A stretch of DNA of 64,000 nt from an uncultured Methylomirabilota bacterium (GCA_963705305.1 OY970067.1:3680001-3744000); one strand, 5' to 3'. Shown: positions 1 through 10,210, counted from the first letter of the stretch. The notes: generated by a model not told the origin, from the sequence alone. A program made the numbers and translations.

Positions 1-477
1 CGTGGGCACGACGTTGCTGGTGGAATACAGACTGCTGAAGGGGGTGTAGAAGGTCCAGCCGGTGTCCACGCCGCCCATGGCCATGGCCAGGATGGTGAAG
101 GAGCCGCCCAGGATGTAGATGTACCAGCTCAGCAGGTTGATCCGGGGGAAGGCCAGGTCCCGCGCCCCGATCATCATGGGGACCAGGAAGTTGCCGAACA
201 CGGCCGGGATGGATGGGATCAGGAAGAAGAAGATCATGGTGATGCCGTGCATGGTGAAGGCCTTGTTATAGGTCTCCGCCTGCACGAGGTCCCCGTAGGG
301 GCTGAGAAGATTGAGGCGAACCAGCCCGGCGAAGAAGCCGCCTATGAGGAAGAAAACGGTGATGGAAATCAGGTACAGGATGGCGATCCGCTTGTGGTCC
401 GTGGTCAACAGCCAGGACCGGATGCTGTAGTCGGCGTTCAAATAGTTGGTGCGCTCTTCGACCGCTGCTGTGCTCAT
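1..477 (-). CDS. ctaD: Cytochrome c oxidase subunit I, 5' part (runs off the window edge)
   Basis: Manual translation from the ATG at 477, which overlaps the subunit II stop: [35 protein letters not shown]...[15 protein letters not shown]...[21 protein letters not shown]...TGWTFYTP. These are typical heme-copper oxidase subunit I motifs. Confidence 0.95.
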   Translation of the reverse strand, partial: MSTAAVEERTNYLNADYSIRSWLLTTDHKRIAILYLISITVFFLIGGFFAGLVRLNLLSPYGDLVQAETYNKAFTMHGITMIFFFLIPSIPAVFGNFLVPMMIGARDLAFPRINLLSWYIYILGGSFTILAMAMGGVDTGWTFYTPFSSLYSTSNVVPT

Positions 478-1439
478 CACTGGGCCTGCGCCTTCTGTTC
501 GGTGCTCAACGACTTAATGTAGGCGATCAGATTGAGCAGGCCGTCCTCGCTGATCAGGCCCTTGAAGGTGGGCATGATGGGGGGGTAGCCGGCGACAATC
601 TTCGCCTGGGGATACAGGATGGACTCGCGGATGTACGCTTCGTCCGCGGTGACCGTCCGGCCGTCCTGCAGCTTGACCGCCTTTCCGTAGACGCCCACCA
701 GGGAGGGGCCGCGGCCCGTGGCCTGGGCTTGGTGGCAGGCGGGGCATCCCAGCTGGGTAAACAATCGCTCGCCGGCGACGGCCGGCGACTCGACCCCGGT
801 GGCGGCGCCGCGAAGCCACGCCTCGTACTGGTCTTCGGGCATCACGATGATCCGCCCGGTCATGGAGGCGTGGCCGGTGCCGCAGTACTGGCTGCAGAAC
901 AGATGGTACTCGCCGGGCTTGGTCGCCTGGAACCAGGCCGTGGAGTAGCGGCCCGGCACCACGTCCTTCTTGATGCGGAAGGCCGGGACGAAGAAGCTGT
1001 GGATCACGTCCTCCAACGTCATGGTGAGCTTGACCGGCCGCCCCACCGGGACGTGCAGCTCGTTGATCTCCCGATTCCCCTCGGAGTGCTGGAGCTTCCA
1101 CATCCACTGCTTTCCCACCACGAAGATGTCGATGGCATTGTTCGGCGGGTTGGACAGGGTGAAGTACAGACCGGCCGCCCAGAAGAAGATGACCAGGGCG
1201 ATGCCGAGCGGGATGATGGTCCAGGCCAGCTCCAGGCCGAGCGAGCCGTGGATCTGCCGCGGCTGCTCGTCGTCGCTCTTGCGCCGGTACTTGGTCGCGA
1301 AGATGAAAATCAGGAGAAAGATCACCCCGGCGAAGAACGCGCTGACGGCGATCAGGAACAGCAGCAGCGCGTCCACCGGGCCGGCGACCGTGGAGGCTTC
1401 CGTGGGGAAGAAGGGGACCCAGGAGGTGAAGTTGGGCAT
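477..1439 (-). CDS. ctaC: Cytochrome c oxidase subunit II with fused C-terminal cytochrome c (caa3 type)
   Basis: Two TM helices, QWMW, DVIHSF, CuA motif [12 protein letters not shown], and a C-terminal CPACH heme c motif. Confidence 0.95.
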   Translation of the reverse strand: MPNFTSWVPFFPTEASTVAGPVDALLLFLIAVSAFFAGVIFLLIFIFATKYRRKSDDEQPRQIHGSLGLELAWTIIPLGIALVIFFWAAGLYFTLSNPPNNAIDIFVVGKQWMWKLQHSEGNREINELHVPVGRPVKLTMTLEDVIHSFFVPAFRIKKDVVPGRYSTAWFQATKPGEYHLFCSQYCGTGHASMTGRIIVMPEDQYEAWLRGAATGVESPAVAGERLFTQLGCPACHQAQATGRGPSLVGVYGKAVKLQDGRTVTADEAYIRESILYPQAKIVAGYPPIMPTFKGLISEDGLLNLIAYIKSLSTEQKAQAQ

Positions 1440-1443
1440 GGGC

Positions 1444-2277
1444 TTACCGGGCCTCCCGCGCCCTCAGGTCCGTCCGGCGGTCCCGTCGCAGCATGATGAA
1501 GACGAACGTCCCCAGGATCAGGATCGTCACCAGGCCGGCCAGCCGGATGGCGTTCATGACCACCAGGCCGTAGGTCCCGGTCAATGGATCGTAGTGGTAG
1601 CAGTAGAGCAGGACCTGGTCGATGGGGGTGCCGATCTTGTTGGCCGACGCCTCGATGAGGCCGAGGCGGAGATCCCGCGGCGAGTAGTCGATTCCGTAGA
1701 AGTAGCGGGCGATCTTCCCCTGGGGCGTAATGATCAGGATGCCGGCGGCGTGGGCGAACTGGTCCGTCTTGGCGTCGTAGGCATATCGGAACCCCACCGC
1801 CTCGGTCAGCCGGTGGATCTGATCCTCATTGCCGGTCAGGAAGTGCCAGCCGGCGGCCGCCCCGGGGCGACCGTACTGCTTGACGTAGCGGGCCTTCTCC
1901 GCCGCGGCCTCCGGGACCCCGTCCCGGGGATCGAAGCTGACCGTCAGGATGGAGAATTCTTTGCCGAGGTCGAAGGTCACGGGGTGCAGGCCGCGGACCA
2001 GGCCGTCCAAAATCATGGGGCAGAGGGTCCGGCAGCGGAAGTACACCAGGGACAGGATGACGGGCTTCTGGCCAAAGTACCGCCCGAGCGTCACCGTCCG
2101 CCCCGTCTCGTCCCGCATGGTGATGTCCGGCGGGATGGGCTGATTCACCCGCTGATCGAAGGCCACCCCGGCAAGGACGCCCGGGAGCGCCTCGCGGGCT
2201 GCGGCCGACGGTGTCGCCGGCACGGCCGCGGCCAGGACCGCGAGCGCCAAGATCGGCCAGGCCCGATGCATTGCCAT
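1444..2277 (-). CDS. SCO/SenC family copper chaperone
   Basis: Start at MAMHRAW with GGAGG upstream. Signal peptide, CRTLC (CxxxC), FAHAAG His, WHFLTG, C-terminal TM. Lies just upstream of subunit II. Confidence 0.9.
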   Translation of the reverse strand: MAMHRAWPILALAVLAAAVPATPSAAAREALPGVLAGVAFDQRVNQPIPPDITMRDETGRTVTLGRYFGQKPVILSLVYFRCRTLCPMILDGLVRGLHPVTFDLGKEFSILTVSFDPRDGVPEAAAEKARYVKQYGRPGAAAGWHFLTGNEDQIHRLTEAVGFRYAYDAKTDQFAHAAGILIITPQGKIARYFYGIDYSPRDLRLGLIEASANKIGTPIDQVLLYCYHYDPLTGTYGLVVMNAIRLAGLVTILILGTFVFIMLRRDRRTDLRAREAR

Positions 2278-2315
2278 CCGAATCCTCCGTCCTCCCGGCG
2301 CACCCGCCGCCATCA

Positions 2316-2741
2316 TCACTTGCCCGTTCCCGCCGCCGGCGACTTCGCCGGGGGTGCGGGCGAGCCCCGCTCCACCAGAAGCTGCATGGCCCGATCGATG
2401 GGGATGTGCACGGTCCCGGCCTGCCGGTTCATCCACCCGTAGCTGTGGAGCAGGCCATCCTCTTCTGCGCGAAACTCGCGGAGGTCCCTGGGGGCATTCA
2501 CCTGCAGCCGCGGCCCCTGGGGAGCCTCCTGCCGGAAGAGTGCGGACGGGCTCGCTCCCGTCCGCGCGGCCTCGTGGGCCGAGTACCAGAAGAACAGGTA
2601 CGCCACCAGGATCCCCAGGCCGATGGCGGCGGCCACCAGGATCCCGAACAGGCCGATGGCCCGGGGACTGGAATCCCGCGCCTCGTAACCGCCGCCCGGC
2701 GGTTCGGGCTGCCCGCCGGTGTGCCGTGTCTCGGCCGTCAT
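2316..2741 (-). CDS. actG: Alternative complex III small subunit, ActG-like
   Basis: One TM helix plus PRLQ...L.SYGW...G.VHIPIDRAM. ATGA overlap with the actF stop; position in the act operon. Confidence 0.75.
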   Translation of the reverse strand: MTAETRHTGGQPEPPGGGYEARDSSPRAIGLFGILVAAAIGLGILVAYLFFWYSAHEAARTGASPSALFRQEAPQGPRLQVNAPRDLREFRAEEDGLLHSYGWMNRQAGTVHIPIDRAMQLLVERGSPAPPAKSPAAGTGK

Positions 2742-3925
2742 GATTCCGCCCCGTGGGCATGCATGCCCACGCGCTCGACGCGGGGATCGTTGAGGGGCAA
2801 GAGCGGGTGCCTGCCCAGGTGCGTCAGGAAGGCCCAGAGCCAGATCCCCCCCAGACCCGCCAGGCTCAGCAGATCCATGCCGTGGAGGGTGAAGCCCGTG
2901 GGCGAGAAGGCCGGCACCACCAGCCAGAAGACGTCCACCGTCCGCATCACCAGGATCCCGCCCGCCACCATCGCCAGGAGCGCCGCGTGCGTCTTGGTGG
3001 TGCGCGAGAGGAGCAGCAGGAAGGGTAGGACGAACATGAATCCGAAGAGGAGCAGCACCAGGACCGACCAGCCCCCGGCGATCCGGTGGAGGTACCAGGG
3101 GATCTCCTCGGTCAAGTTCTCGGCCCACACGATCAGGAACTGCGAGAAGTTCAAATAGGTCCAGAGCATGACGAAGGCCAGCAGGAGGTTGCCCAGGTCG
3201 TGGAACTGGTTGGGGGTCAGAACGTCCGACATGGGCCCCCGGCGGGCCAGCAGATAGGCGGCGACGATCATGCCGGCCAGCCCCGTGATGGCGAAGCCGA
3301 CCATGTACATCATCCCGTAGATGGTGGAGTACCAGTGCGGCTCCAGAGACATCACCCAGTCGATGGCGGCGAAGGTCACGGTCAGGCCGTACAGGACGAG
3401 CCCCGGCCCGCTGATCACCTTCAGCCGCCGGAGCATCGAGGCGTCACCCGTCCGATCCCGCTCCAGCGACCACTTGACGAGGTAGTGCGCGCAGGCGATC
3501 CAGAGGGTGAAGTAGACGGCCGCCCGCAGGACGAAGAAGCCGGCATTCAGGTAGGGCTGCTTCGCCCGCAGGACCGCGTCGGCCGCCAGGGCCGCCGGCT
3601 GCGCCCAGGCGTACAGGCTGTGGATGCCCAGGAGGAGAGGCAGGAACAGGAGCGCCATGAACGGGAGGGTCCGGCTGCCCGCCTCCAGGGGCCGCTGGAT
3701 GACGAAGCCCCACGCCGCCTGGACCAGGTGCTGGAGCATCAGGATGGCCAGGCAGCCCAGTGGCAGCCCCAGCCAGAGCACGTAGGCGAAGAGGTACGAG
3801 CGGAAGAACTGCGCCGGGTTGAGGGTCCCCCACAGCCCGCACACGAGCAGGGCCGCCAGGCCGACGCCCAGCGCGCGGGTCCGGACGCGATCGAGCGGAG
3901 GGAGCCGAAGGTCGGATGCGTTCAT
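2738..3925 (-). CDS. actF: Alternative complex III membrane subunit ActF
   Basis: Polytopic membrane protein starting MNASDLRLPP, with DWVMSLEPHWYSTIYG, HDLGNLL and FSQFLIVW. Confidence 0.88.
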   Translation of the reverse strand: MNASDLRLPPLDRVRTRALGVGLAALLVCGLWGTLNPAQFFRSYLFAYVLWLGLPLGCLAILMLQHLVQAAWGFVIQRPLEAGSRTLPFMALLFLPLLLGIHSLYAWAQPAALAADAVLRAKQPYLNAGFFVLRAAVYFTLWIACAHYLVKWSLERDRTGDASMLRRLKVISGPGLVLYGLTVTFAAIDWVMSLEPHWYSTIYGMMYMVGFAITGLAGMIVAAYLLARRGPMSDVLTPNQFHDLGNLLLAFVMLWTYLNFSQFLIVWAENLTEEIPWYLHRIAGGWSVLVLLLFGFMFVLPFLLLLSRTTKTHAALLAMVAGGILVMRTVDVFWLVVPAFSPTGFTLHGMDLLSLAGLGGIWLWAFLTHLGRHPLLPLNDPRVERVGMHAHGAES

Positions 3926-4534
3926 GGCTTCTGGGCCTCGAGCTTCTGCCGCTCCGCCGGTGGGAACGTCCGCCACGGGGGCATTCTGGCTGAGCTGCAG
4001 CGCCCGGATATAGGCGGCGATGGCCCAGCGATCCTCCGCCGGAACCTGGGCGGCATACGAGGGCATGACCCCGAAGCCGCGCGTCGGCACCTCGAAGAAG
4101 TGGCCGATGGGCGCCTGTCGCAGCCGGTCAATATGGTAGGAGGGGGGATGCTGGAATCCGCGCTGCACGATCATCCCGTTGCCGTATCCCGTCCGATCGT
4201 GGCAGGGCGAACAGAAGACGTTGAACCGTTCTTGCCCCCGCTCCAGGAGCTTCAGCGTGAGCGGCACCGGAAGCGCGGTCACCAGCTGGCCGTTCACCCG
4301 GCCGGTGTAGAAGGCCGAATCGGCCTCCAGGTGTCCGCGCGCGACGGTGCCGGGCACCTCGGGACGGGCCGAGCGCTCGTCGCCGAAGAAGGTGGTCTGC
4401 GACAGCGGCCGGTACCGGTACTCGGACTGATCGGCCATTTGCTGCTGGCAAGCCGCTGCGGCAAGGGCCAGGAGCACCAGCCCGGCCCCGACCAAGGCTC
4501 GCCGGCCGGCGCCTTGCGTTCGTTCAGTGCGCAA
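3922..4534 (-). CDS. actE: Alternative complex III monoheme cytochrome c lipoprotein ActE, with an apparent +1 frameshift near 3962-3964
   Basis: Lipobox-like AAAAC, CSPCH heme motif, MPSYA, RWAIAAYIRALQ. The C-terminus PPAERQKLEAQKP* lies in another frame and ends in an ATGA overlap with actF. Start (TTG 4534) is uncertain. Confidence 0.85.
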
Positions 4535-5063
4535 TGTCGTACACCCCATGCGATCCCGTGCCCTCCAGAAACCGTCGGGTCTCCTCGCGGTCGAACCGGG
4601 GGTCCCTGGCCTCGATGCACAGGAAGAAGCGGCTCCGGCTGGCCATCTCGAATTGCGGGACGTTGAAGACGGGGTGGTAGGGCATGGGCAGGCCGTTCAA
4701 GGCCAGCATGCCGAGCACCGCCGTCAGGGCGGCCAGCAGGATCGTGAGCTCGAACGTCACCGGGATGAAGGACGGCCAGCTGTTGTAGGGGCGGCCGCCG
4801 ACATTGATCGGGTAGTTGATCACGTGGATCCAGTACTGCATGAAGAAGCCGCCCAGACAGCCGGCGATCCCGCCCAGGAGCACCAGCAGGGGCACCCCGG
4901 TGCGGCGTAGACCCAGCGCCTCCGGCAGCCCTTCGACGGGAAGGGGCGTGAACGCATCCAGCCGCCGGAAGCCGGCCTCCCGCGCGCGGCGGACGGCGGC
5001 CAGCAGGGCCTCCGTCGAGGTGTATTCGGCCAGCAGGCCGTAGGTGGGCGGCGTGCCGCTCAT
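4524..5063 (-). CDS. actD: Alternative complex III subunit ActD (DUF3341)
   Basis: DAFTPLPVEGL, YPINVGGRP..SWPSFIPVTFELTIL, NGLP.PYHPVF; GGAGG RBS. Confidence 0.92.
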   Translation of the reverse strand: MSGTPPTYGLLAEYTSTEALLAAVRRAREAGFRRLDAFTPLPVEGLPEALGLRRTGVPLLVLLGGIAGCLGGFFMQYWIHVINYPINVGGRPYNSWPSFIPVTFELTILLAALTAVLGMLALNGLPMPYHPVFNVPQFEMASRSRFFLCIEARDPRFDREETRRFLEGTGSHGVYDIAH

Positions 5064-5088
5064 GGCGTCTCCTCCGGCGCGGCGGGGG

Positions 5089-6471
5089 TCATGCCGCCCC
5101 CTCGTCCGTCTTGGACACCAGCCCGCGCAGCTCGAAGATGGAGATCATGGGCAGGACCCGGATGAACAGGAACATCAGGGCCAGGAACAGCCCCAGCGAG
5201 CCGAAGAGCACGCCCCAGTCCCAGATGGTGGGGCTGTACATCCCCCAGGCCGACGGCATGAAGTCGCGGTGGAGGCTCACCACGATGATGACGAACCGCT
5301 CCAGCCACATGCCGATGTTCACCAGGATCGACACCACGAAGAGGGTTACGACGCTCTCCCGGGCCTTCCGCCACCAGAGCACCTGCACGGCCAGGACGTT
5401 CACCAGCATCAGCAGCCAGAAGGTCCACCAGTAGGGGCCGAACATCCGGTTCAGTGCCAGGTACTGCTCGAAGATGTTCTGGCTGTACCAGCCGGTGAAG
5501 GTCTCCATCAGGTAGCCGTAGGCGACGATCATGCCGGTGGCCAGCATGACCTCGCCCATGTGCCGGAGGTGTCGGAGGGTGATGAAGTCCTCCAGGCCGT
5601 AGATCTTCCGGATGGGGATGGCCAGGGTGAGCACCATGGCGAAGCCGGAGTAGATGGCCCCGGCCACGAAGTAGGGCGGGAAGATGGTCGAGTGCCAGCC
5701 GGGAAGGAGCCCGATGGAGAAATCGAAGCTGACCACGGTGTGGACGGAGACGACCAGGGGGGTGGCCAGGCCCGCAAGCAGGAGATACGCCATCTCGTAG
5801 CGGAACCAGTGGGTCGCCGAGCCGCGCCAGCCCATGGACAGGATGCCGTAGATGAGCTTCACCCACCAGTTCTTGGCCCGATCGCGCAGGGTGGCCAGAT
5901 CGGGGAGCAGGCCCACGTACCAGAACAGCAGCGACACGGTGAAGTAGGTGGAGACGGCGAACACGTCCCAGACCAGGGGGCTGCGGAACTGCGGCCACAC
6001 GCCCATGGTGGTGGGGTAGGGGAACAGCCAGTAGAAGAACCAGGGCCGCCCCAGGTGGAGCATCGGGAACAGGCCGGCGCAGGCCACCGCGAAGAGCGTC
6101 ATGGCCTCGGCGAACCGGTTGATGGATTGTCGCCACTTCTGGCGGAGCAAAAGCAAGATGGCCGAGATCAGGGTGCCGGCGTGGCCGATCCCGATCCACC
6201 AGACGAAGTTCACGATGGCAAAGCCCCAGCCGATGGGGATGTTGATCCCCCACACCCCCACCCCCATCCAGAACAGGTAGGTCGCGCTGACCAGAAGCAC
6301 CATCAAAAGCACGAAGCCGACACCGAAGCCCACGTACCAGGAGCGGGGGGTGGGTTGGGTCAGGACGATGGCGCTGATCTTGTCGGTGATGGACGCGTAG
6401 CTGTGGCCCGGCCCGATGACGGGTCCGCCCTCGTCCACGGCCTGGCGCGGCTCCTCGCTGACAGGGGACAT
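5089..6471 (-). CDS. actC: Alternative complex III NrfD/PsrC-family quinol-binding subunit ActC
   Basis: WGFAIVNFVWWIGIGHAGTLISAIL, INRFAEAMT, HLGRPW, SPLVWDVFAVSTY, SVHTVVSFDF, MWLERFVII. Confidence 0.95.
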   Translation of the reverse strand: MSPVSEEPRQAVDEGGPVIGPGHSYASITDKISAIVLTQPTPRSWYVGFGVGFVLLMVLLVSATYLFWMGVGVWGINIPIGWGFAIVNFVWWIGIGHAGTLISAILLLLRQKWRQSINRFAEAMTLFAVACAGLFPMLHLGRPWFFYWLFPYPTTMGVWPQFRSPLVWDVFAVSTYFTVSLLFWYVGLLPDLATLRDRAKNWWVKLIYGILSMGWRGSATHWFRYEMAYLLLAGLATPLVVSVHTVVSFDFSIGLLPGWHSTIFPPYFVAGAIYSGFAMVLTLAIPIRKIYGLEDFITLRHLRHMGEVMLATGMIVAYGYLMETFTGWYSQNIFEQYLALNRMFGPYWWTFWLLMLVNVLAVQVLWWRKARESVVTLFVVSILVNIGMWLERFVIIVVSLHRDFMPSAWGMYSPTIWDWGVLFGSLGLFLALMFLFIRVLPMISIFELRGLVSKTDEGAA

Positions 6472-6475
6472 GCGG

Positions 6476-9400
6476 CTAGCCCTTCTCGATCTCCGGGTTC
6501 GGGTTTCGGATCTTGGCCAGATAGCTGGTGCGCGGCCGGACGTTCAATTCCGTGAGCATGGCGTAATTGCGCGGATCGGCCTTCAGCTTGGCGACCCGGC
6601 TGTTGGGATCGTTGATGTTGCCGAAGACGATGGCCTGGGTGGGGCAGGTCTGCTGGCAGGCGGTCAGGATCTCGCCGTCCTTGACCTGCCGCTCCTGCTT
6701 CTCAGCCTCGATCTTGGCGGCATTGATGCGCTGGACGCAGTAGGTGCACTTCTCCATGACCCCGCGGCTGCGCACCGTGACATTGGGGTTGCGCAGGCCC
6801 TTGAGGCTCTCGGTCTCGAAGTCCGCGTAGCCGAAGAAGTTGAATCGGCGGACTTTGTAGGGGCAATTGTTGGAGCAGTAGCGGGTCCCCACGCAGCGGT
6901 TGTAGACCATGTCGTTCAACCCCTCGGCGCTGTGCTGGGTGGCGCCCACGGGGCAGACCAGCTCGCAGGGGGCGTTCTCGCAGTGCATGCAGGGGACCGG
7001 CTGCTGGTGAATCTGGGGATTGTCCGGGTCGCCCTGGTAGTAGCGGTCGATACGGATCCAGTGCATCTCGCGGCCCGCCATCACCTGGTCCTTGCCGACG
7101 ATGGGGGCGTTGTTCTCCGCCTCGCAGGCCACCACGCAGGCGTTGCATCCCGTGCAGGCGGTCAGGTCGATGGCCATACCCCAGGCGTAGCCCTCGTAGG
7201 AGTAGCCGGGGTAGAGCGTGAGCCCGGGTTTGGGAGGCTCGTCCATCTCCTGGGCGAAGGCGGGATGCTTGCGGTACTCCTCCACATCCCCCACCCGCAA
7301 GAGATGGCGGCCCTCCATCGTGTTGTGGAACTGGGTGCAGGCCATGGGGTACTGGCCGGCCGCCTTGACGACTTCCAGGCCCGGCCCGAACTCGGGCGCC
7401 TCCGAGGTCCGCAGGTGGTAAATGTCGAAGCCCGTGCCGGTTCCCACGTGACCGGCCCGGGCCCGGCCGTAGCCGTAGAACACGGTGACGGACCCGTCTG
7501 GGTGGCCGGCCTGAATCCAGGCGGGCAGCCGGAGCGTCCGGCCACCGTAGCGGAGCTCAATGAGGTCCACGTAGGTGGTCCCGTGCTCGCCACCCCGCAC
7601 GGCGATGTCGTAGGAGAGCCCCAGGCGCTGGGCCAGGGCCGGGCTCACCAGAGCAGCATTGTCCCAGGTCGTCCGGGTGAGAGGCTTGGGAAGCTCCTGC
7701 AGCCAACCGTTGTTGGCGTAGCGGCCGTCCCAGACCGTCGGGTCGGGACGGAAGATGATCTCCAGGGCGCCGCGCGCGGCGGCCGGCGCGTCCGCCGGTT
7801 GCTTCCAGCCCTGCCCCGAGAGCGTCACCGGCCGCGTCGGGAGTGCGGTTCCGGCCACGATCCCGTCGTGCAGGCTCTTCCGCCAGAAGAAGTCGAAGTC
7901 CGCAGCCTTGTGCACCGCCTGCCAGTAGCCCCGGACGATGTCGTGGCCGGAGGCGTTGGGATTCCCCAGGAGCAGCGCCAAGAGCTCGTGCACTGACCTC
8001 CCCTGGTACAGCGGGGCGATGAGGGGCTGGAGGATGGTGACCGTGCCGTCGTAGGCGCGGACGTCGCTCCAGGTCTCCAGGTAGTGGGTCTCGGGAATGT
8101 GCCAGTGGCAGAGCTCAGAGGTCTCGTCGCGATAGAGGCTGAGGTGGACGCGCAGTCTCACCTTGCTCATCCGCTCGCCGAACCGGAGATCCGCCGGGGC
8201 CGTGAAGACCGGATTGGCGTCCAGGATAATCAGGAGGTCCACCGCCCCGGCCTCCATGTCCCCCGCCAGCTCGCGAAGCGACGCCATCTGGTCCACAGGG
8301 TTGGCCTCGACCGGATCGGTGTAGATGATGCAGCCGCCCACGCTGCCTAGGGCGTGGTTCATGGCGTGGGCCAGCGCGTGCACCACGGCGGGCTGATGCT
8401 CCCCGGCGACCACCAGGCTGTAGCCGCGGTGCTGCATGAGGTCCCGCGCCACGGCGGCGATCCATGGGGTGTGGGCCGGCGCGGGAGGCGGGCCAGCTTC
8501 GGCCTCGCTCAGCACACCCAGCGCCACCGCCACGGCCCGCGCGAATCCCTCGATCTCGCCGGCCCGCAGGGGAAGGCGGTGATCCGCCATGGCGCCCGTG
8601 TTCGTGGGGGTGCTCTCCACGGCGTAGAGACGGTTCATCGTCGCCCCCGGTCCCTGGGGGCGCCGCCGGGCCGCAAAATCATGGGCATAGCGCACGCTGC
8701 CGGGTCCCGCGGTCAGGAGGTCGGAGTCCAGGGCCAGGATCACGTCGGCCTTGTCCAGCCGGTAGGTGGTGTGCACGATCTCGCCGAAAGCCAGCTTGGC
8801 CCCCTGCCGGACGCCGTCGCGGCTGACCGGTTCGTATTGATGCCACTTGGTTCCGGGATAGGCCGCCAGGAACGCCCGGATCTGCGCGGCCAGGGTCGGG
8901 GAGGTGACGGTCTCGGTCAGGATGCGGATCCGGCCGCCTCCGCCGGCCCGCTGCAGGTCGAGGAACGCCCCGATCTCGCCGAAGAAGGCGCTCCAGGTGC
9001 TGATGACCCCCGCCCGGGTCACCGCCTGGGCCCGGTCGGGGTCGTACAGCCCGAGGACGGAGGTCTGGGCGAAGACGTCGGCGGCGCCTAGGCTGGCCGG
9101 GTGCAGCGGGTTCCCCTCGACCTTGGTGGGCCGGCCCATGTGGCTTTCCGCCAGGAGTCCCAGACCATAGCCCTGCTGCGGCATGGCGGTGGCGTAAAAG
9201 AGCGGCGTGCCCGGGACGATCTCTTCGGGCTGCCGCACGTAGGGCACGATCTTCTCGTCGGTCGGCGCCGCCGCGGGAGAACAGGCGGTGAGGCCGGCCA
9301 TCGCCATGGAGGCCCCCATGAGCTTCAGGAAGGTGCGGCGGCCAACGGCGTCCAGCGGCTCGATCACCGCATGCGGGAACTCACGGTGGAGCAGCTCGCG

Positions 9401-9538
9401 AAAGGCCTCGGTGTCGGCCAGCTCCTCCAGACTCCGCCAGTAGTCGCGTCCCCGGGCGGAGGCCAGCCGCTCGCGCAGGGAGGCTAAATCGACCTCGCTC
9501 CGCTGCCGTCCTTGTCCACTTTCGTGATCGTCGGTCAT
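6476..9538 (-). CDS. actB: Alternative complex III subunit ActB (molybdopterin-oxidoreductase-like plus 4Fe-4S dicluster)
   Basis: YWRSLEEL leader, twin-arginine RRTFLK, GRPTKVEGNPLHP, and C-terminal CTGCNAC, CMHCENAPC, CVGTRYCSNNCPY, KCTYC Fe-S motifs. Confidence 0.95.
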   Translation of the reverse strand: MTDDHESGQGRQRSEVDLASLRERLASARGRDYWRSLEELADTEAFRELLHREFPHAVIEPLDAVGRRTFLKLMGASMAMAGLTACSPAAAPTDEKIVPYVRQPEEIVPGTPLFYATAMPQQGYGLGLLAESHMGRPTKVEGNPLHPASLGAADVFAQTSVLGLYDPDRAQAVTRAGVISTWSAFFGEIGAFLDLQRAGGGGRIRILTETVTSPTLAAQIRAFLAAYPGTKWHQYEPVSRDGVRQGAKLAFGEIVHTTYRLDKADVILALDSDLLTAGPGSVRYAHDFAARRRPQGPGATMNRLYAVESTPTNTGAMADHRLPLRAGEIEGFARAVAVALGVLSEAEAGPPPAPAHTPWIAAVARDLMQHRGYSLVVAGEHQPAVVHALAHAMNHALGSVGGCIIYTDPVEANPVDQMASLRELAGDMEAGAVDLLIILDANPVFTAPADLRFGERMSKVRLRVHLSLYRDETSELCHWHIPETHYLETWSDVRAYDGTVTILQPLIAPLYQGRSVHELLALLLGNPNASGHDIVRGYWQAVHKAADFDFFWRKSLHDGIVAGTALPTRPVTLSGQGWKQPADAPAAARGALEIIFRPDPTVWDGRYANNGWLQELPKPLTRTTWDNAALVSPALAQRLGLSYDIAVRGGEHGTTYVDLIELRYGGRTLRLPAWIQAGHPDGSVTVFYGYGRARAGHVGTGTGFDIYHLRTSEAPEFGPGLEVVKAAGQYPMACTQFHNTMEGRHLLRVGDVEEYRKHPAFAQEMDEPPKPGLTLYPGYSYEGYAWGMAIDLTACTGCNACVVACEAENNAPIVGKDQVMAGREMHWIRIDRYYQGDPDNPQIHQQPVPCMHCENAPCELVCPVGATQHSAEGLNDMVYNRCVGTRYCSNNCPYKVRRFNFFGYADFETESLKGLRNPNVTVRSRGVMEKCTYCVQRINAAKIEAEKQERQVKDGEILTACQQTCPTQAIVFGNINDPNSRVAKLKADPRNYAMLTELNVRPRTSYLAKIRNPNPEIEKG

Positions 9539-9550
9539 GGCCTCGACTCG

Positions 9551-10210
9551 TCAGCGGTGACAGGTGGAGCAGCTCGTGAGCAGGCGCACGCTCTGGATCT
9601 TGTACTCCTTCACCAGGCGGCGTCCCATCGTCAGCTGATCCTCCGTCGGCTGCCAATCCATGCTGAAGACCCGCTCGCGGGGCCGGATGAAGCGCTCCGG
9701 GGCCCGGTGGCATTCCAGGCACCAATCCATGTACAGGGTGTTGGCGCGCCAGGTGAGCGGCATCTGATCGACGCGGCCGTGGCAGGTCACGCACCCGATT
9801 CCCTTGTTCACGTGGATGCTGTGGTTGAAGTAGACGAAGCCGGGAAGGTTGTTTACCCGAACCCACTCCAGGGACCGGCCGGTGCGGAAGCTGGCCCGGA
9901 CGGGCTCCAGCATGGGGCTCTCGGACCAGATCTGGCTGTGGCAGTTCATGCAGGTCTGGGTGGGCGGGATGCCGGCGAAGGACGAGGTTTCGACCGAGGT
10001 GTGGCAATAGCGGCAATCGATCCCGTCGTCACCGACGTGGTGCTTGTGGCTGAAGGGGACGGGCTGTATTCGCGGCACGCCGACCATGGTGACCCAGGAG
10101 GAGAAGAAGAACGTCCAGAGAGCCCACCCGAGGCCGGCGGCGATGATTATCGCCCCGTACAGGCTCGCACGGGCGAGGACGTTCGTACTCCGATGAAAGA
10201 TCTGCGCCAT
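9551..10210 (-). CDS. actA: Alternative complex III pentaheme cytochrome c ActA
   Basis: MAQIF start, one TM helix, QPVPFSHKHH, five CxxCH motifs (CRYCH, CMNCH, CVTCH, CLECH, CSTCH). Confidence 0.93.
   Translation of the reverse strand: MAQIFHRSTNVLARASLYGAIIIAAGLGWALWTFFFSSWVTMVGVPRIQPVPFSHKHHVGDDGIDCRYCHTSVETSSFAGIPPTQTCMNCHSQIWSESPMLEPVRASFRTGRSLEWVRVNNLPGFVYFNHSIHVNKGIGCVTCHGRVDQMPLTWRANTLYMDWCLECHRAPERFIRPRERVFSMDWQPTEDQLTMGRRLVKEYKIQSVRLLTSCSTCHR

Noticed and set aside
1444..3128. Long N-terminal extensions of SCO (to 2760) and ActG (to 3128) in the ORF track
   Set aside because: They overlap upstream genes in other frames. An RBS or ATGA overlap supports starts at 2277 and 2741.
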